A program made the translations under genes and the position numbers. This document shows positions 24,511-32,000 of a stretch of 32,000 bases of DNA, one piece after another (within the stretch, counting starts at the first letter, position 1; each line of letters starts with the position of its first letter). The notes below the pieces were generated by a model. That model searched no databases. It was not told the DNA's origin and was given only the letters and a program-made list of their open reading frames with translations. Origin of the DNA: Synechocystis sp. PCC 6803 substr. PCC-P (GTDB taxonomy: Bacteria; Cyanobacteriota; Cyanobacteriia; Cyanobacteriales; Microcystaceae); assembly GCF_000284455.1 (NCBI RefSeq), contig NC_017039.1, positions 3,090,001 to 3,122,000 of the forward strand. The letters run 5' to 3'.

Positions 24511-24869
24511 GGGTGATCAAGGTGATAGTTCACTATCTGGGCAATGGCCGGAACTCCCCCAGTAATTAATCTTGGCTGATGGGTCCCGGCAAACCAGAAG
24601 TTATTCTAGTTTTGGCCCAACTAGCTAAGAAACTGGCATAAATTGTAGCAAAAATTAACATTTCATGGGGGCGCAAACCCCTATGGAGACCATAGGGAAA
24701 GAATTATTGCGGCGCTGGCTTTGCCTTTTCTGAGAAAAAGAGAAAATTTGATTGATCTAAAAATGGGTTGCGCATACCCCGCGGCTTGCTGCGATTGGGT
24801 CTTTCATTAAGAATTTCTTTGGGTTCTTCAGAATAGAAAACCGCAATCTGTTTCTGAAAAATATCTTGA

Positions 24870-25925
24870 CTACTGTGCCCGTGGGCGACATCTTTGCTCC
24901 ACCAACTCGGCGGCCAGTTTAATGGCGGCAATGAGACTATCTGCCCTGGCAATGCCTTGCCCCGCAATGTCAAAGGCGGTGCCGTGGTCGGGGGAAGTGC
25001 GGACAAAGGGTAAACCAATAGTGGTATTAATAGCCTGATCAAATGCCAGCAGTTTAACGGGAATTAAGCCTTGGTCATGGTACAAAGCCAGGTAAGCGTC
25101 GGATACGGTCGTTTGGCCATCGGTTAACCAAGCTTTGCCAGGGCCGACCCACATGGTATCCGGAGGAATGGGGCCAATTAGTTGGGCCTGGGGATATTTT
25201 TTTCTAGCTTGCTCCAACCAAGGAATTAACCAATCCTGTTCTTCGCTGCCTAATTTTCCTTCTTCGCCGCTGTGGGGATTCAAACCGGCGATCGCCACGG
25301 AAGGATTACTGATGCCAAAATCCTGGGCCAGGCAAGTTAGCAGTAATTCCAATTTTGCAGTCATTAATTGAGGGGTTAAAGCCTGGGGCACCTCTTTGAG
25401 CGGAATATGGGTGGTGGCTAGCAACGTGCGTAAAGTCCAACCAGTAAAAGGCGATCGCCCCACAAATGCCATGGCAAAGCTTTCCACCCCAGCCCGATGG
25501 GCCAAAACTTCCGTCTGCCCTGGGTAATTATGGCCAGCGGCTTGCCAAGCGGATTTGGCGATCGGGGCAGTGACAATGGCATCAAATTCCCCGGCCAAAG
25601 TTCTGGTAATAGCTTCATTTAAATAGGCAAAACTAATGGCGCCACTAACCGCATCTCCCTGACCAACAGTGATTTTTCCCAGATATGAGAGGTCCACTTC
25701 TAGCAAATTAATTGTTTCCGGATCTGCTAGATTTAAACCCGGATTTTGGGCCAACAATTGTCTACGGGTCTGATCCAACACAGAACGGGAACCGATCGCC
25801 GTTAACTGACAAATTGAAGCTAACCCAGGTTCAGCCAAAGCTTTGAGCACCACCTCAGGACCAATGCCTGCCGGATCACCCAGGGTCAAAATTAAACGGG
25901 GCAAACTCATACAATCCATGCTCAA
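24870..25925 (-). CDS. pdxA: 4-hydroxythreonine-4-phosphate dehydrogenase
   Basis: [13 protein letters not shown] at the N-terminus, then [11 protein letters not shown] and [15 protein letters not shown], which are PdxA signatures. An alternative start is the Met 5 codons downstream (25910). Confidence 0.9.
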   Translation of the reverse strand: MSMDCMSLPRLILTLGDPAGIGPEVVLKALAEPGLASICQLTAIGSRSVLDQTRRQLLAQNPGLNLADPETINLLEVDLSYLGKITVGQGDAVSGAISFAYLNEAITRTLAGEFDAIVTAPIAKSAWQAAGHNYPGQTEVLAHRAGVESFAMAFVGRSPFTGWTLRTLLATTHIPLKEVPQALTPQLMTAKLELLLTCLAQDFGISNPSVAIAGLNPHSGEEGKLGSEEQDWLIPWLEQARKKYPQAQLIGPIPPDTMWVGPGKAWLTDGQTTVSDAYLALYHDQGLIPVKLLAFDQAINTTIGLPFVRTSPDHGTAFDIAGQGIARADSLIAAIKLAAELVEQRCRPRAQ

Positions 25926-26019
25926 TCAGGTTTAAGGGGAGATTCCTATGGGATAATGAACCACCGACAACAAAGATTTTTTCATCCCAAATTATTCATC
26001 CCCCATTGAGGAATTGACT

Positions 26020-26130
26020 ATGACCGCTGAAAGCATGTTGGCCAATGGCGCTTTTATCATGATTGGCTTGACCTTGTTAGGACTAGCCTGGGGCTTTGTC
26101 ATTATCAAACTCCAAGGTAGCGAAGAATAA
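26020..26130 (+). CDS. petM: cytochrome b6f complex subunit PetM (36 aa); absent from the supplied ORF track
   Basis: ATG at 26020, preceded by GAGGA (26009-26013). It translates to [36 protein letters not shown] and ends at TAA 26128-26130. It is a single TM helix and matches my memory of Synechocystis PetM. Confidence 0.8.
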   Translation: MTAESMLANGAFIMIGLTLLGLAWGFVIIKLQGSEE

Positions 26131-26218
26131 AAATTCCTCGGCCAAGGCGGTTTAATCCTTCCTGGTTTAGGAAAAAATGTTGAAGTGATACTGATACCAG
26201 GACGATTAACTGTCCATT

Positions 26219-27343
26219 GTGCCATTGCCTAGTGTGAATTTTACTTATCAGTGCCAAGCCCGGTGTTCCCATAGCCAAGCCCGGGCTGGAATTTTTCAGA
26301 CTCCCCATGGGCCGGTGGAAACTCCCCGTTTTATGCCCGTGGGTACTTTGGCAACGGTTAAGGGCATTACCCCCGCCCAGCTAGCGGACACCCAAGCCCA
26401 AATGGTGCTAGCCAATACCTACCATCTCCATCTCCAACCAGGGGAAAAGATTATTGCTGCCGCTGGGGGAGTACACAAGTTTATGGGCTGGTCGGGGCCG
26501 ATGTTGACAGATTCTGGTGGGTTTCAGGTTTTTAGTCTCAGTCAATTACGCACCATTGGTGAACAGGGGGTCCTATTTCGATCGCCGAGGGATGGCCGCT
26601 TGATTGATATGACTCCAGAAAATTCCATTCGCATCCAAAATGCGTTGGGGGCTGATGTGATTATGGCCTTTGATGAATGTCCTCCCGGCCAAGGCGATCG
26701 CCTGATGGTGGAACAAGCCACCGCCCGCACCTATCGCTGGCTAGAAAGGTGTATCGAAGCCCACCAAAGACCGGGTGATCAAGCTCTGTTCGGCATCGTC
26801 CAAGGGGGCACTTACCTAGATTTGCGTTCCCAAGCGGCAGAACAACTCATTGCCCTAGACTTGCCCGGTTACGCCATTGGCGGAGTAAGTGTGGGGGAAG
26901 CACCAGCGCTGATTGATAAAGTGGTACAACACACGGCCCCATTATTACCAGCCCATAAACCCCGTTACTTGATGGGGGTCGGCACCTATCGGGAAATGGC
27001 CAGGGCAATTTTTGCGGGTATTGATTTGTTCGATTGTGTCATACCCACCCGTTTTGGTCGCCACGGCACAGCATTGGTACAGGGAGAACGGTGGAATTTA
27101 AAAAACGCCACTTTCCGGGAAGATCATCGCCCCTTGGATGAAACTTGTCCTTGCTATACCTGCCAAACTTTCTCCCGTGCTTATTTAAACCATTTAATCC
27201 GCTCCAGGGAAATGTTGGGTTACATTTTGCTTTCTTTGCACAATATTACGGAATTAATCCGTTTCACCCAAAGCATTCGCCAAGCAATTTTAAATGATAC
27301 TTTCACCCAAGATTTTGCCCATTGGCTAACTCCACCGGAGTAA
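26219..27343 (+). CDS. tgt: queuine tRNA-ribosyltransferase (tRNA-guanine transglycosylase)
   Basis: [21 protein letters not shown] (catalytic Asp region), GGVSVGE, and the zinc site CPCYTCQ...H. The ORF track's start at 26219 is a GTG. Confidence 0.9.
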
Positions 27344-27435
27344 GTCTAGTAAAAAACTTAGGCGATCGCAAATCCAGTATGGGGACGCATGGAGGGCTTG
27401 TCGAATCCCCAACAAAGACTAAATCAGACAAGTTT

Positions 27436-29004
27436 TCAATGGTGGAAATCGTAACCAGATCCATAGTACCAAGCTTCTAGACGACGTTTTTGCTCAAAGC
27501 TAGGGTTAGTGAATAGAAGATTTTTAGCTAGGGGGTAGGTTAAGCTATAGCCCGCTAAGTTAGCATAATGTCCCAACCATTCCATTAAAGCGGGTAGACC
27601 AATTTGTGGTAACAAAGGCAATACTATGAGTGGATTTACCCTGGGTAAAGTTTGGGTTAGGCCAGACCATTGGATTACATCTTGCAAAAAAGGTTCCATG
27701 ACTTCTTGTCCTTGTCGATCCATAACAGCAAAAACCGCATTCATTAAGCGATTAATTTGCTCTGGATCTGCAGTTTGGCCAACTTTAACTCCCATGGTTT
27801 GTTGAAATAACCAAGTAACGCCAATATTAGGTTGGTAGGGTTGTAAAAGAGCCAAATCTTCCGCAGCCAAATAATCCCCTGCCAGGGCTTCCCCAATAGC
27901 ATTGGTTAACCGTTTGAGATGGCGAACCATGGCTCCAAAGCCACCAAAACTAACGGGGGATTGACTACCAGCACTATCCCCTACGGCTAACACTCTACCC
28001 CAAGAAAAATGGAGAGGACTGGATTTATAAGCAGGAAAAAAACCAGATAAAAACCGTTGCCATTGTAGTTGGTCTAAATTAATTTTTTGATATTCGGGCA
28101 ATAGGCGAAAATATTCTTGAAAAAAGAATTCTAAACTAATGCGTTCTGGATGCACATCCACATAGGTAAACAGATAGGTGGTGCGGCCATCCCGAGCAGG
28201 AAAAGCTTCCCAAAAGTATTGGCAATGATTGGTAATTCCCGTGGTGGTGGCAATTAAATCTCCAGTTTCATTGTCAGAATAACCCTGGGCGCAACTACCA
28301 ACCACTAGGCAAACTCCATCAGGTATTTCTCCCTGTCGAGCTTGGTTTACCAAAGGAGAACCGTGCCCCATGGCATCAATGAGTAAACGGCTAGTGAGCT
28401 TTCTTTCAACTTGATTTTCTCCATCATGTTGGTAACTAATTGCAACTCCATCGGAGTGAATAATTGCTTTTTGGAAAGCGCTATGCTCTAGTAATTTACC
28501 CCCAGCTTGCAGAAACTTTTGCTTAAGTTTTTCTAGTAAGTAAATTGGATCTATCCCTACATTTAAAACATTTTTAATCCAAAATTCTTGCCCACCATGA
28601 AAAGCAATGCGGCCAGGATTATATTCGCTGGCGATCGCCGTTTCTAATTCCTCTGAAGTGAGCAGTTCTAACTCAACAAAAGTTTGTAATTCTTGGCGGG
28701 AAATATTCCATTCCTGGGCACGACCTTGTAATTTGCCCCTTTCAATGACAACTACCTGCCAACCCCTTATTTGCAAACTAGCGGCCAATAAAATTCCCAG
28801 GGTACCACCACAAATTACTGCGTCAAAATCTGCTTCCCCCAAGTTTGTATTAACTTTTTGAGCTACTTCAGCAATGGGAGGTAAATCTCCCTGACATAGG
28901 GCTTGCCAACGCTGATCTAAACGCCGTAGATAACCCAGGGCATCTCCTGGCATAGAATTCAGTTTAGATTCCACAAAAGCTGTGGGTGTAGTTGCATAGT
29001 TCAT
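27436..29004 (-). CDS. cruP: FAD-dependent oxidoreductase of the CruA/CruP lycopene-cyclase-like family (probably CruP)
   Basis: N-terminal dinucleotide-binding fold DFDAVICGGTLGILLAASL...VVVIERG. The 522-aa size and genomic context fit my recollection that the Synechocystis CruP paralog lies between pdxA and mraY. The family assignment is not verified. Confidence 0.55.
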   Translation of the reverse strand: MNYATTPTAFVESKLNSMPGDALGYLRRLDQRWQALCQGDLPPIAEVAQKVNTNLGEADFDAVICGGTLGILLAASLQIRGWQVVVIERGKLQGRAQEWNISRQELQTFVELELLTSEELETAIASEYNPGRIAFHGGQEFWIKNVLNVGIDPIYLLEKLKQKFLQAGGKLLEHSAFQKAIIHSDGVAISYQHDGENQVERKLTSRLLIDAMGHGSPLVNQARQGEIPDGVCLVVGSCAQGYSDNETGDLIATTTGITNHCQYFWEAFPARDGRTTYLFTYVDVHPERISLEFFFQEYFRLLPEYQKINLDQLQWQRFLSGFFPAYKSSPLHFSWGRVLAVGDSAGSQSPVSFGGFGAMVRHLKRLTNAIGEALAGDYLAAEDLALLQPYQPNIGVTWLFQQTMGVKVGQTADPEQINRLMNAVFAVMDRQGQEVMEPFLQDVIQWSGLTQTLPRVNPLIVLPLLPQIGLPALMEWLGHYANLAGYSLTYPLAKNLLFTNPSFEQKRRLEAWYYGSGYDFHH

Positions 29005-29020
29005 CTAATTAATTTTTTCG

Positions 29021-29515
29021 CTAAATTTCCTGAGCAAAAATTAGGATATTTTCGTATAGTTGAGAGCTAACACGAAATCCTGCTTGATTGATCAAATTAT
29101 CAATAATGGGTTTCACTTGTGGAATAAGATTTATTCGTTTGGCAACAAGCAAAACTCCCAAAATTCCGACTATTGATAATCCTAAGCGAGTAGCCTCTCT
29201 TCTCCCCAAACGCTCGTCCATCAGTAGCTCATCAGCCTGCAAATCAAGGGCTAGGGCTATGGAATGGGCTTCTCCAGCATCAAGTCCCCGTTCTCTTTGT
29301 AGTTGTTCGGCCAATTCATAACCATGGGGGCTAAGCAAGTGAATTTGAATCCAATCTAATTGCAGAATTGATGAAATTTTTGAGTTGGTGGCGACAGTAA
29401 TTTCATTGGCAACAGTGCCTGGAATGATTACACTTTCGTAAATTGCCTGTAATAACCAAAGATGATCAACAATAGCAAGATTAGCAATGGCAGAAGTGTC
29501 ACTAACAACAATCAT
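29021..29515 (-). CDS. DUF3368 / PIN-like nuclease-domain protein (putative toxin)
   Basis: VVSDTSAIANLAIVDHLWLLQAIYESVIIPGTVANEI ... LDAGEAHSIALALDLQADELLMDERLGRREATRLGLSIVGILGVLLVAKR follows the COG2405/DUF3368 pattern. The start was set to ATG 29515, which overlaps the upstream stop (ATGA). Confidence 0.75.
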   Translation of the reverse strand: MIVVSDTSAIANLAIVDHLWLLQAIYESVIIPGTVANEITVATNSKISSILQLDWIQIHLLSPHGYELAEQLQRERGLDAGEAHSIALALDLQADELLMDERLGRREATRLGLSIVGILGVLLVAKRINLIPQVKPIIDNLINQAGFRVSSQLYENILIFAQEI

Positions 29516-29781
29516 AACCAACTGCGATTTTGTAGGTGCTGAATGTCCTGTGCTAATTCTTCCACATCGTAGTGAATACAAATTCCCCGATCTGATAGAA
29601 GTTTTTGAAATTCCATAATTTCCATGGAGGAGATTTTACTGGCCCTAGCCAGAGAAATGTGTTCTTGTTCAAATAGGGCAATGGCAATTTCCCGGAGCCA
29701 ATCATTTTGATCAAATTCTCCGATCTGATTTAACCTATCCGGTAGATTTAAGGTGATTTGCATTGGACGACCATCAACCAT
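29512..29781 (-). CDS. UPF0175-family protein (putative antitoxin)
   Basis: MQITLNLPDRL...ALFEQEHISLARASKISSMEIMEFQKLLSDRGI is typical of UPF0175/COG2886, the usual partner of DUF3368. The more likely start is ATG 29763. Confidence 0.75.
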   Translation of the reverse strand: MVDGRPMQITLNLPDRLNQIGEFDQNDWLREIAIALFEQEHISLARASKISSMEIMEFQKLLSDRGICIHYDVEELAQDIQHLQNRSWL

Positions 29782-29799
29782 TACCCTTTGATTCTACTG

Positions 29800-30903
29800 T
29801 TATGCTGTTGCCATAGCCACGATCGCCAAGAGGGTATTGATGAGGTAAAAAGAGCCCACAATTTGGGTTTCGGTCCAGCCACTTAATTCTAAATGGTGGT
29901 GAATTGGAGCCATTTTTAACAACCTTTTGCCGACGCCATCAGGGCCTTTGGTGGCTTTGTAGTAACCCACTTGGGCGATGACGGAGAGGGATTCTGCCAG
30001 AAAAATGCCGCTGATCAACAGCAGTCCCCAGAGGTTGCCGGTCATAATGCCCACCGCTGCCAAACTCCCCCCTAGGGCTAAAGAACCCGTATCCCCCATG
30101 AATACCCGGGCAGGATTGTGGTTATGGTGTACAAAACCAATACAGCCACCGGCCATGGCACAGCAGAAAAAGGCTAGTGCTGGATTTTCTTTCGCCACCA
30201 GTAAACCCAACCCCACAAAGGCGATCGCCCCAGTTCCGGCCGCCAAACCATCCACTCCATCGGTCAGATTGGTCGCATTACTTTCCGCCACTAGGGCAAA
30301 GGTAGCCACTAACCAAAAAAGGAAACCCAGGGGTAAGACAAATTGCATAATGCGAATGTCCGTAATTTCCGTTGGCCCATAAAAAAATAGCCAAGTGCAA
30401 AAAATAACGGCGATCGCCACCTGCAAAAATAATTTTTGTTTCGGGGTTAAACCCTTATTGGATTTGTATTTTAAAATCTGCCAGTCATCCACCCAACCGA
30501 TCGCCATATAGCCCAAAGTCACCAAACCCACCACTATGACATCGGGATTAAACTGGGTTCCCACCACGGCGATCGCCACCGCCACCGGCACAAAGAAAAT
30601 CCCCCCCATGGTAGGAGTCCCGGCCTTTTTCAAATGACTTTGGGGTCCGTCGGACTGAATCACCTGACTAGCTTTCAGGTTTACTAGCATTGGTACCACC
30701 GCCATACCAATGAGAGCTGTAACCAAGGCCGTAAAACCAAGGGCAATCAGTAATTTTCCATTGCTCAACCATGGCATATCCGCCCAGCTACTCAACAGGG
30801 CCATCAGGGCTAAAGCCAATGCCCAGAGCAGGATTAGTAAGGTTTTGCCACTGGGGTTTTTCCAACTGGGAAGGGACGAAGATTTTGCGTTGGCCATAGT
30901 CAA
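29800..30903 (-). CDS. mraY: phospho-N-acetylmuramoyl-pentapeptide transferase
   Basis: Polytopic membrane protein with KKAGTPTMGG, NATNLTDGVDGLA and VFMGDTGSLALGG, which are MraY signature blocks. Confidence 0.95.
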   Translation of the reverse strand: MTMANAKSSSLPSWKNPSGKTLLILLWALALALMALLSSWADMPWLSNGKLLIALGFTALVTALIGMAVVPMLVNLKASQVIQSDGPQSHLKKAGTPTMGGIFFVPVAVAIAVVGTQFNPDVIVVGLVTLGYMAIGWVDDWQILKYKSNKGLTPKQKLFLQVAIAVIFCTWLFFYGPTEITDIRIMQFVLPLGFLFWLVATFALVAESNATNLTDGVDGLAAGTGAIAFVGLGLLVAKENPALAFFCCAMAGGCIGFVHHNHNPARVFMGDTGSLALGGSLAAVGIMTGNLWGLLLISGIFLAESLSVIAQVGYYKATKGPDGVGKRLLKMAPIHHHLELSGWTETQIVGSFYLINTLLAIVAMATA

Positions 30904-31009
30904 AAAATTAGTTCAGGGGTTGATCAATGACGTTTTCTCCATCAGACTAGCATCAAGGTTGCTGGCCTTTGGCTGTCGATTTTGCTGACAGATTTAAATA
31001 TCAAGAACC

Positions 31010-32000
31010 ATGCCCTTAATTACCAAACTAAAAAAATATCGACGAAAATATAAACGCTTCTTCTGGCTCGGTTGTGTTGTTTTAGCGCTACTACTGATCA
31101 TTCCTCACCCCAGCCAAGCCCAATTCGTTATGCCCCAAGGTTTTAGTGGCCAGGGCAGTGGCTATAAACCGCCGGAAGTTTCCCGGTATGGTCCCATCGA
31201 AGTGGCTCCGGTACGATCGCCCGTTGACAACGGTTTTCTGTTTGATGTGGCCTCCCCCACTGTGTATAACCGCCAAGAGAATACCAGCCAAATTCCTGTG
31301 GAGCAAAGGGCTCAGGACATTGAAAGCAAATTGGAACTGGCTATTTTCAGACGGGATATGAACCCCGATGACCTAAGGGTAGAAACTTCCCGGCTCAACA
31401 ATGTGGTGGTGGTTACTGTTAGCAATGACGATTATCCCCTCCCCTTGGTGCTAGCTTCCGTTACGGAAAACGATGCAGATTTCAACGGCCAACCCATTGA
31501 TGTTTTAGCGGAGCAATGGCGGGAAAAACTGGACAAAGAAATTCGGCGAGGCCAAGCTAGTACTACCCCAGAAGCCCTAGAACAATCCTTCAAACAGGCT
31601 TTCCAAATATTTGTAGCCCTATTGGTGGCAACGGCTATTGTTGCTAGTATCAAACATTTAATTTCCCGGCATCGTCAACGACTCCTCAATCGTAAACAGG
31701 CGATCGCCGCTGAAAAACAAGCGAATTCCGAAGTTCTGGAAGAAAATCACCCTGATCCCATAGAAGTCAATTATGCTGCCCCGGAAATTTTGGGGGAACA
31801 GCAATGGATATTTTGGCAAAGATTACCCCAAATACTCAGTATCGACCGTAAAATTGGCTTTTGGAAATTTATCCAGTGGCTTTTGTTCTGGGTAATTATC
31901 CTTGGTTGGTACTTTGGCTTATTCGCCATTTTTCGACAAATTCCCGGCTTAGCCACCCTCAGTGGCGCCATTTTGGGTCGCCCCTTGCAATTGCTAATGC
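31010..32000 (+). CDS. N-terminal part of a secreted or membrane protein (3' end off-window); possibly a mechanosensitive-channel-family protein
   Basis: ATG at 31010. I translated frame 2 by hand to nt 32000 and found no stop. It has a signal-like start (KRFFWLGCVVLALLLIIPHPSQAQ), a soluble domain, then TM segments (IFVALLVATAIVASI, WLLFWVIILGWYFGLFAI). The ORF track omits it because it has no stop. The MscS guess rests on architecture only. Confidence 0.6.
   Translation, partial: MPLITKLKKYRRKYKRFFWLGCVVLALLLIIPHPSQAQFVMPQGFSGQGSGYKPPEVSRYGPIEVAPVRSPVDNGFLFDVASPTVYNRQENTSQIPVEQRAQDIESKLELAIFRRDMNPDDLRVETSRLNNVVVVTVSNDDYPLPLVLASVTENDADFNGQPIDVLAEQWREKLDKEIRRGQASTTPEALEQSFKQAFQIFVALLVATAIVASIKHLISRHRQRLLNRKQAIAAEKQANSEVLEENHPDPIEVNYAAPEILGEQQWIFWQRLPQILSIDRKIGFWKFIQWLLFWVIILGWYFGLFAIFRQIPGLATLSGAILGRPLQLLM

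Noticed and set aside
24704-25042. 112-aa minus-strand ORF overlapping the pdxA 3' end
   Set aside because: Half of it lies out of frame inside pdxA. The remainder beyond the pdxA stop has only a 23-codon stretch after an internal Met, and no motif.
25992-26308. Minus-strand ORFs 25992..26225 and 26105..26308
   Set aside because: They are antisense to petM and to the tgt start. PetM and Tgt explain the region.
27385-27420. tRNA-like fragment (GTCGAATCCCC resembles a T-arm) in the tgt-cruP spacer
   Set aside because: Only a 5-bp stem (GGGGA...TCCCC) can be drawn. There is no acceptor, D or anticodon arm, and the 92-nt spacer is too short. It is more likely a bidirectional terminator-like hairpin.
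29978-30988. Plus-strand ORFs 29978..30382 and 30710..30988
   Set aside because: They are antisense shadows of mraY, which has unambiguous signature motifs.

Overview
This window looks like a cyanobacterial chromosome. From memory it matches Synechocystis sp. PCC 6803, the region around polA, gdhA, queF, tgt, pdxA and mraY. That identification is recollection, not a search result. Support comes from the dense HIP1 octamer GCGATCGC (about 24 perfect copies), 947-bp ISY100 elements, and a PetM peptide I recognise.

Most of the window is housekeeping genes: a SERCA/PacL-like P-type ATPase, CorA, an L,D-transpeptidase, PolA, RidA, GdhA, QueF, an MprF-like flippase-domain protein, a DUF2997-Ycf35-ferredoxin operon, PdxA, PetM (too short for the ORF track), Tgt, a CruP-like flavoprotein, a UPF0175/DUF3368 toxin-antitoxin pair, MraY, and a partial membrane protein at the right edge.

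Two accessory patches stand out.
- Patch 1 (about 850-6575): a small membrane protein, an IS5-type element, an IS256 transposase remnant, a DUF4334 gene, and a three-deep nested insertion. The nested insertion is an ISY100 carrying both an IS5-type element and a second intact ISY100. It has rewritten the last codons of the P-type ATPase.
- Patch 2 (about 16320-19760): a decayed IS701-like element split by a third, degenerate IS5-type copy. It abuts an AT-rich GIY-YIG nuclease gene whose C-terminal 200 aa I cannot assign.

Both patches, plus the AT-rich corA/ldt block, contain no HIP1 sites. I found no CRISPR array, rRNA or tRNA. I see no clear new multi-gene system. The most checkable oddities are the IS-driven gene remodelling, the GIY-YIG/IS701 junction, and a synonymously diverged peptide repeat in the ferredoxin.
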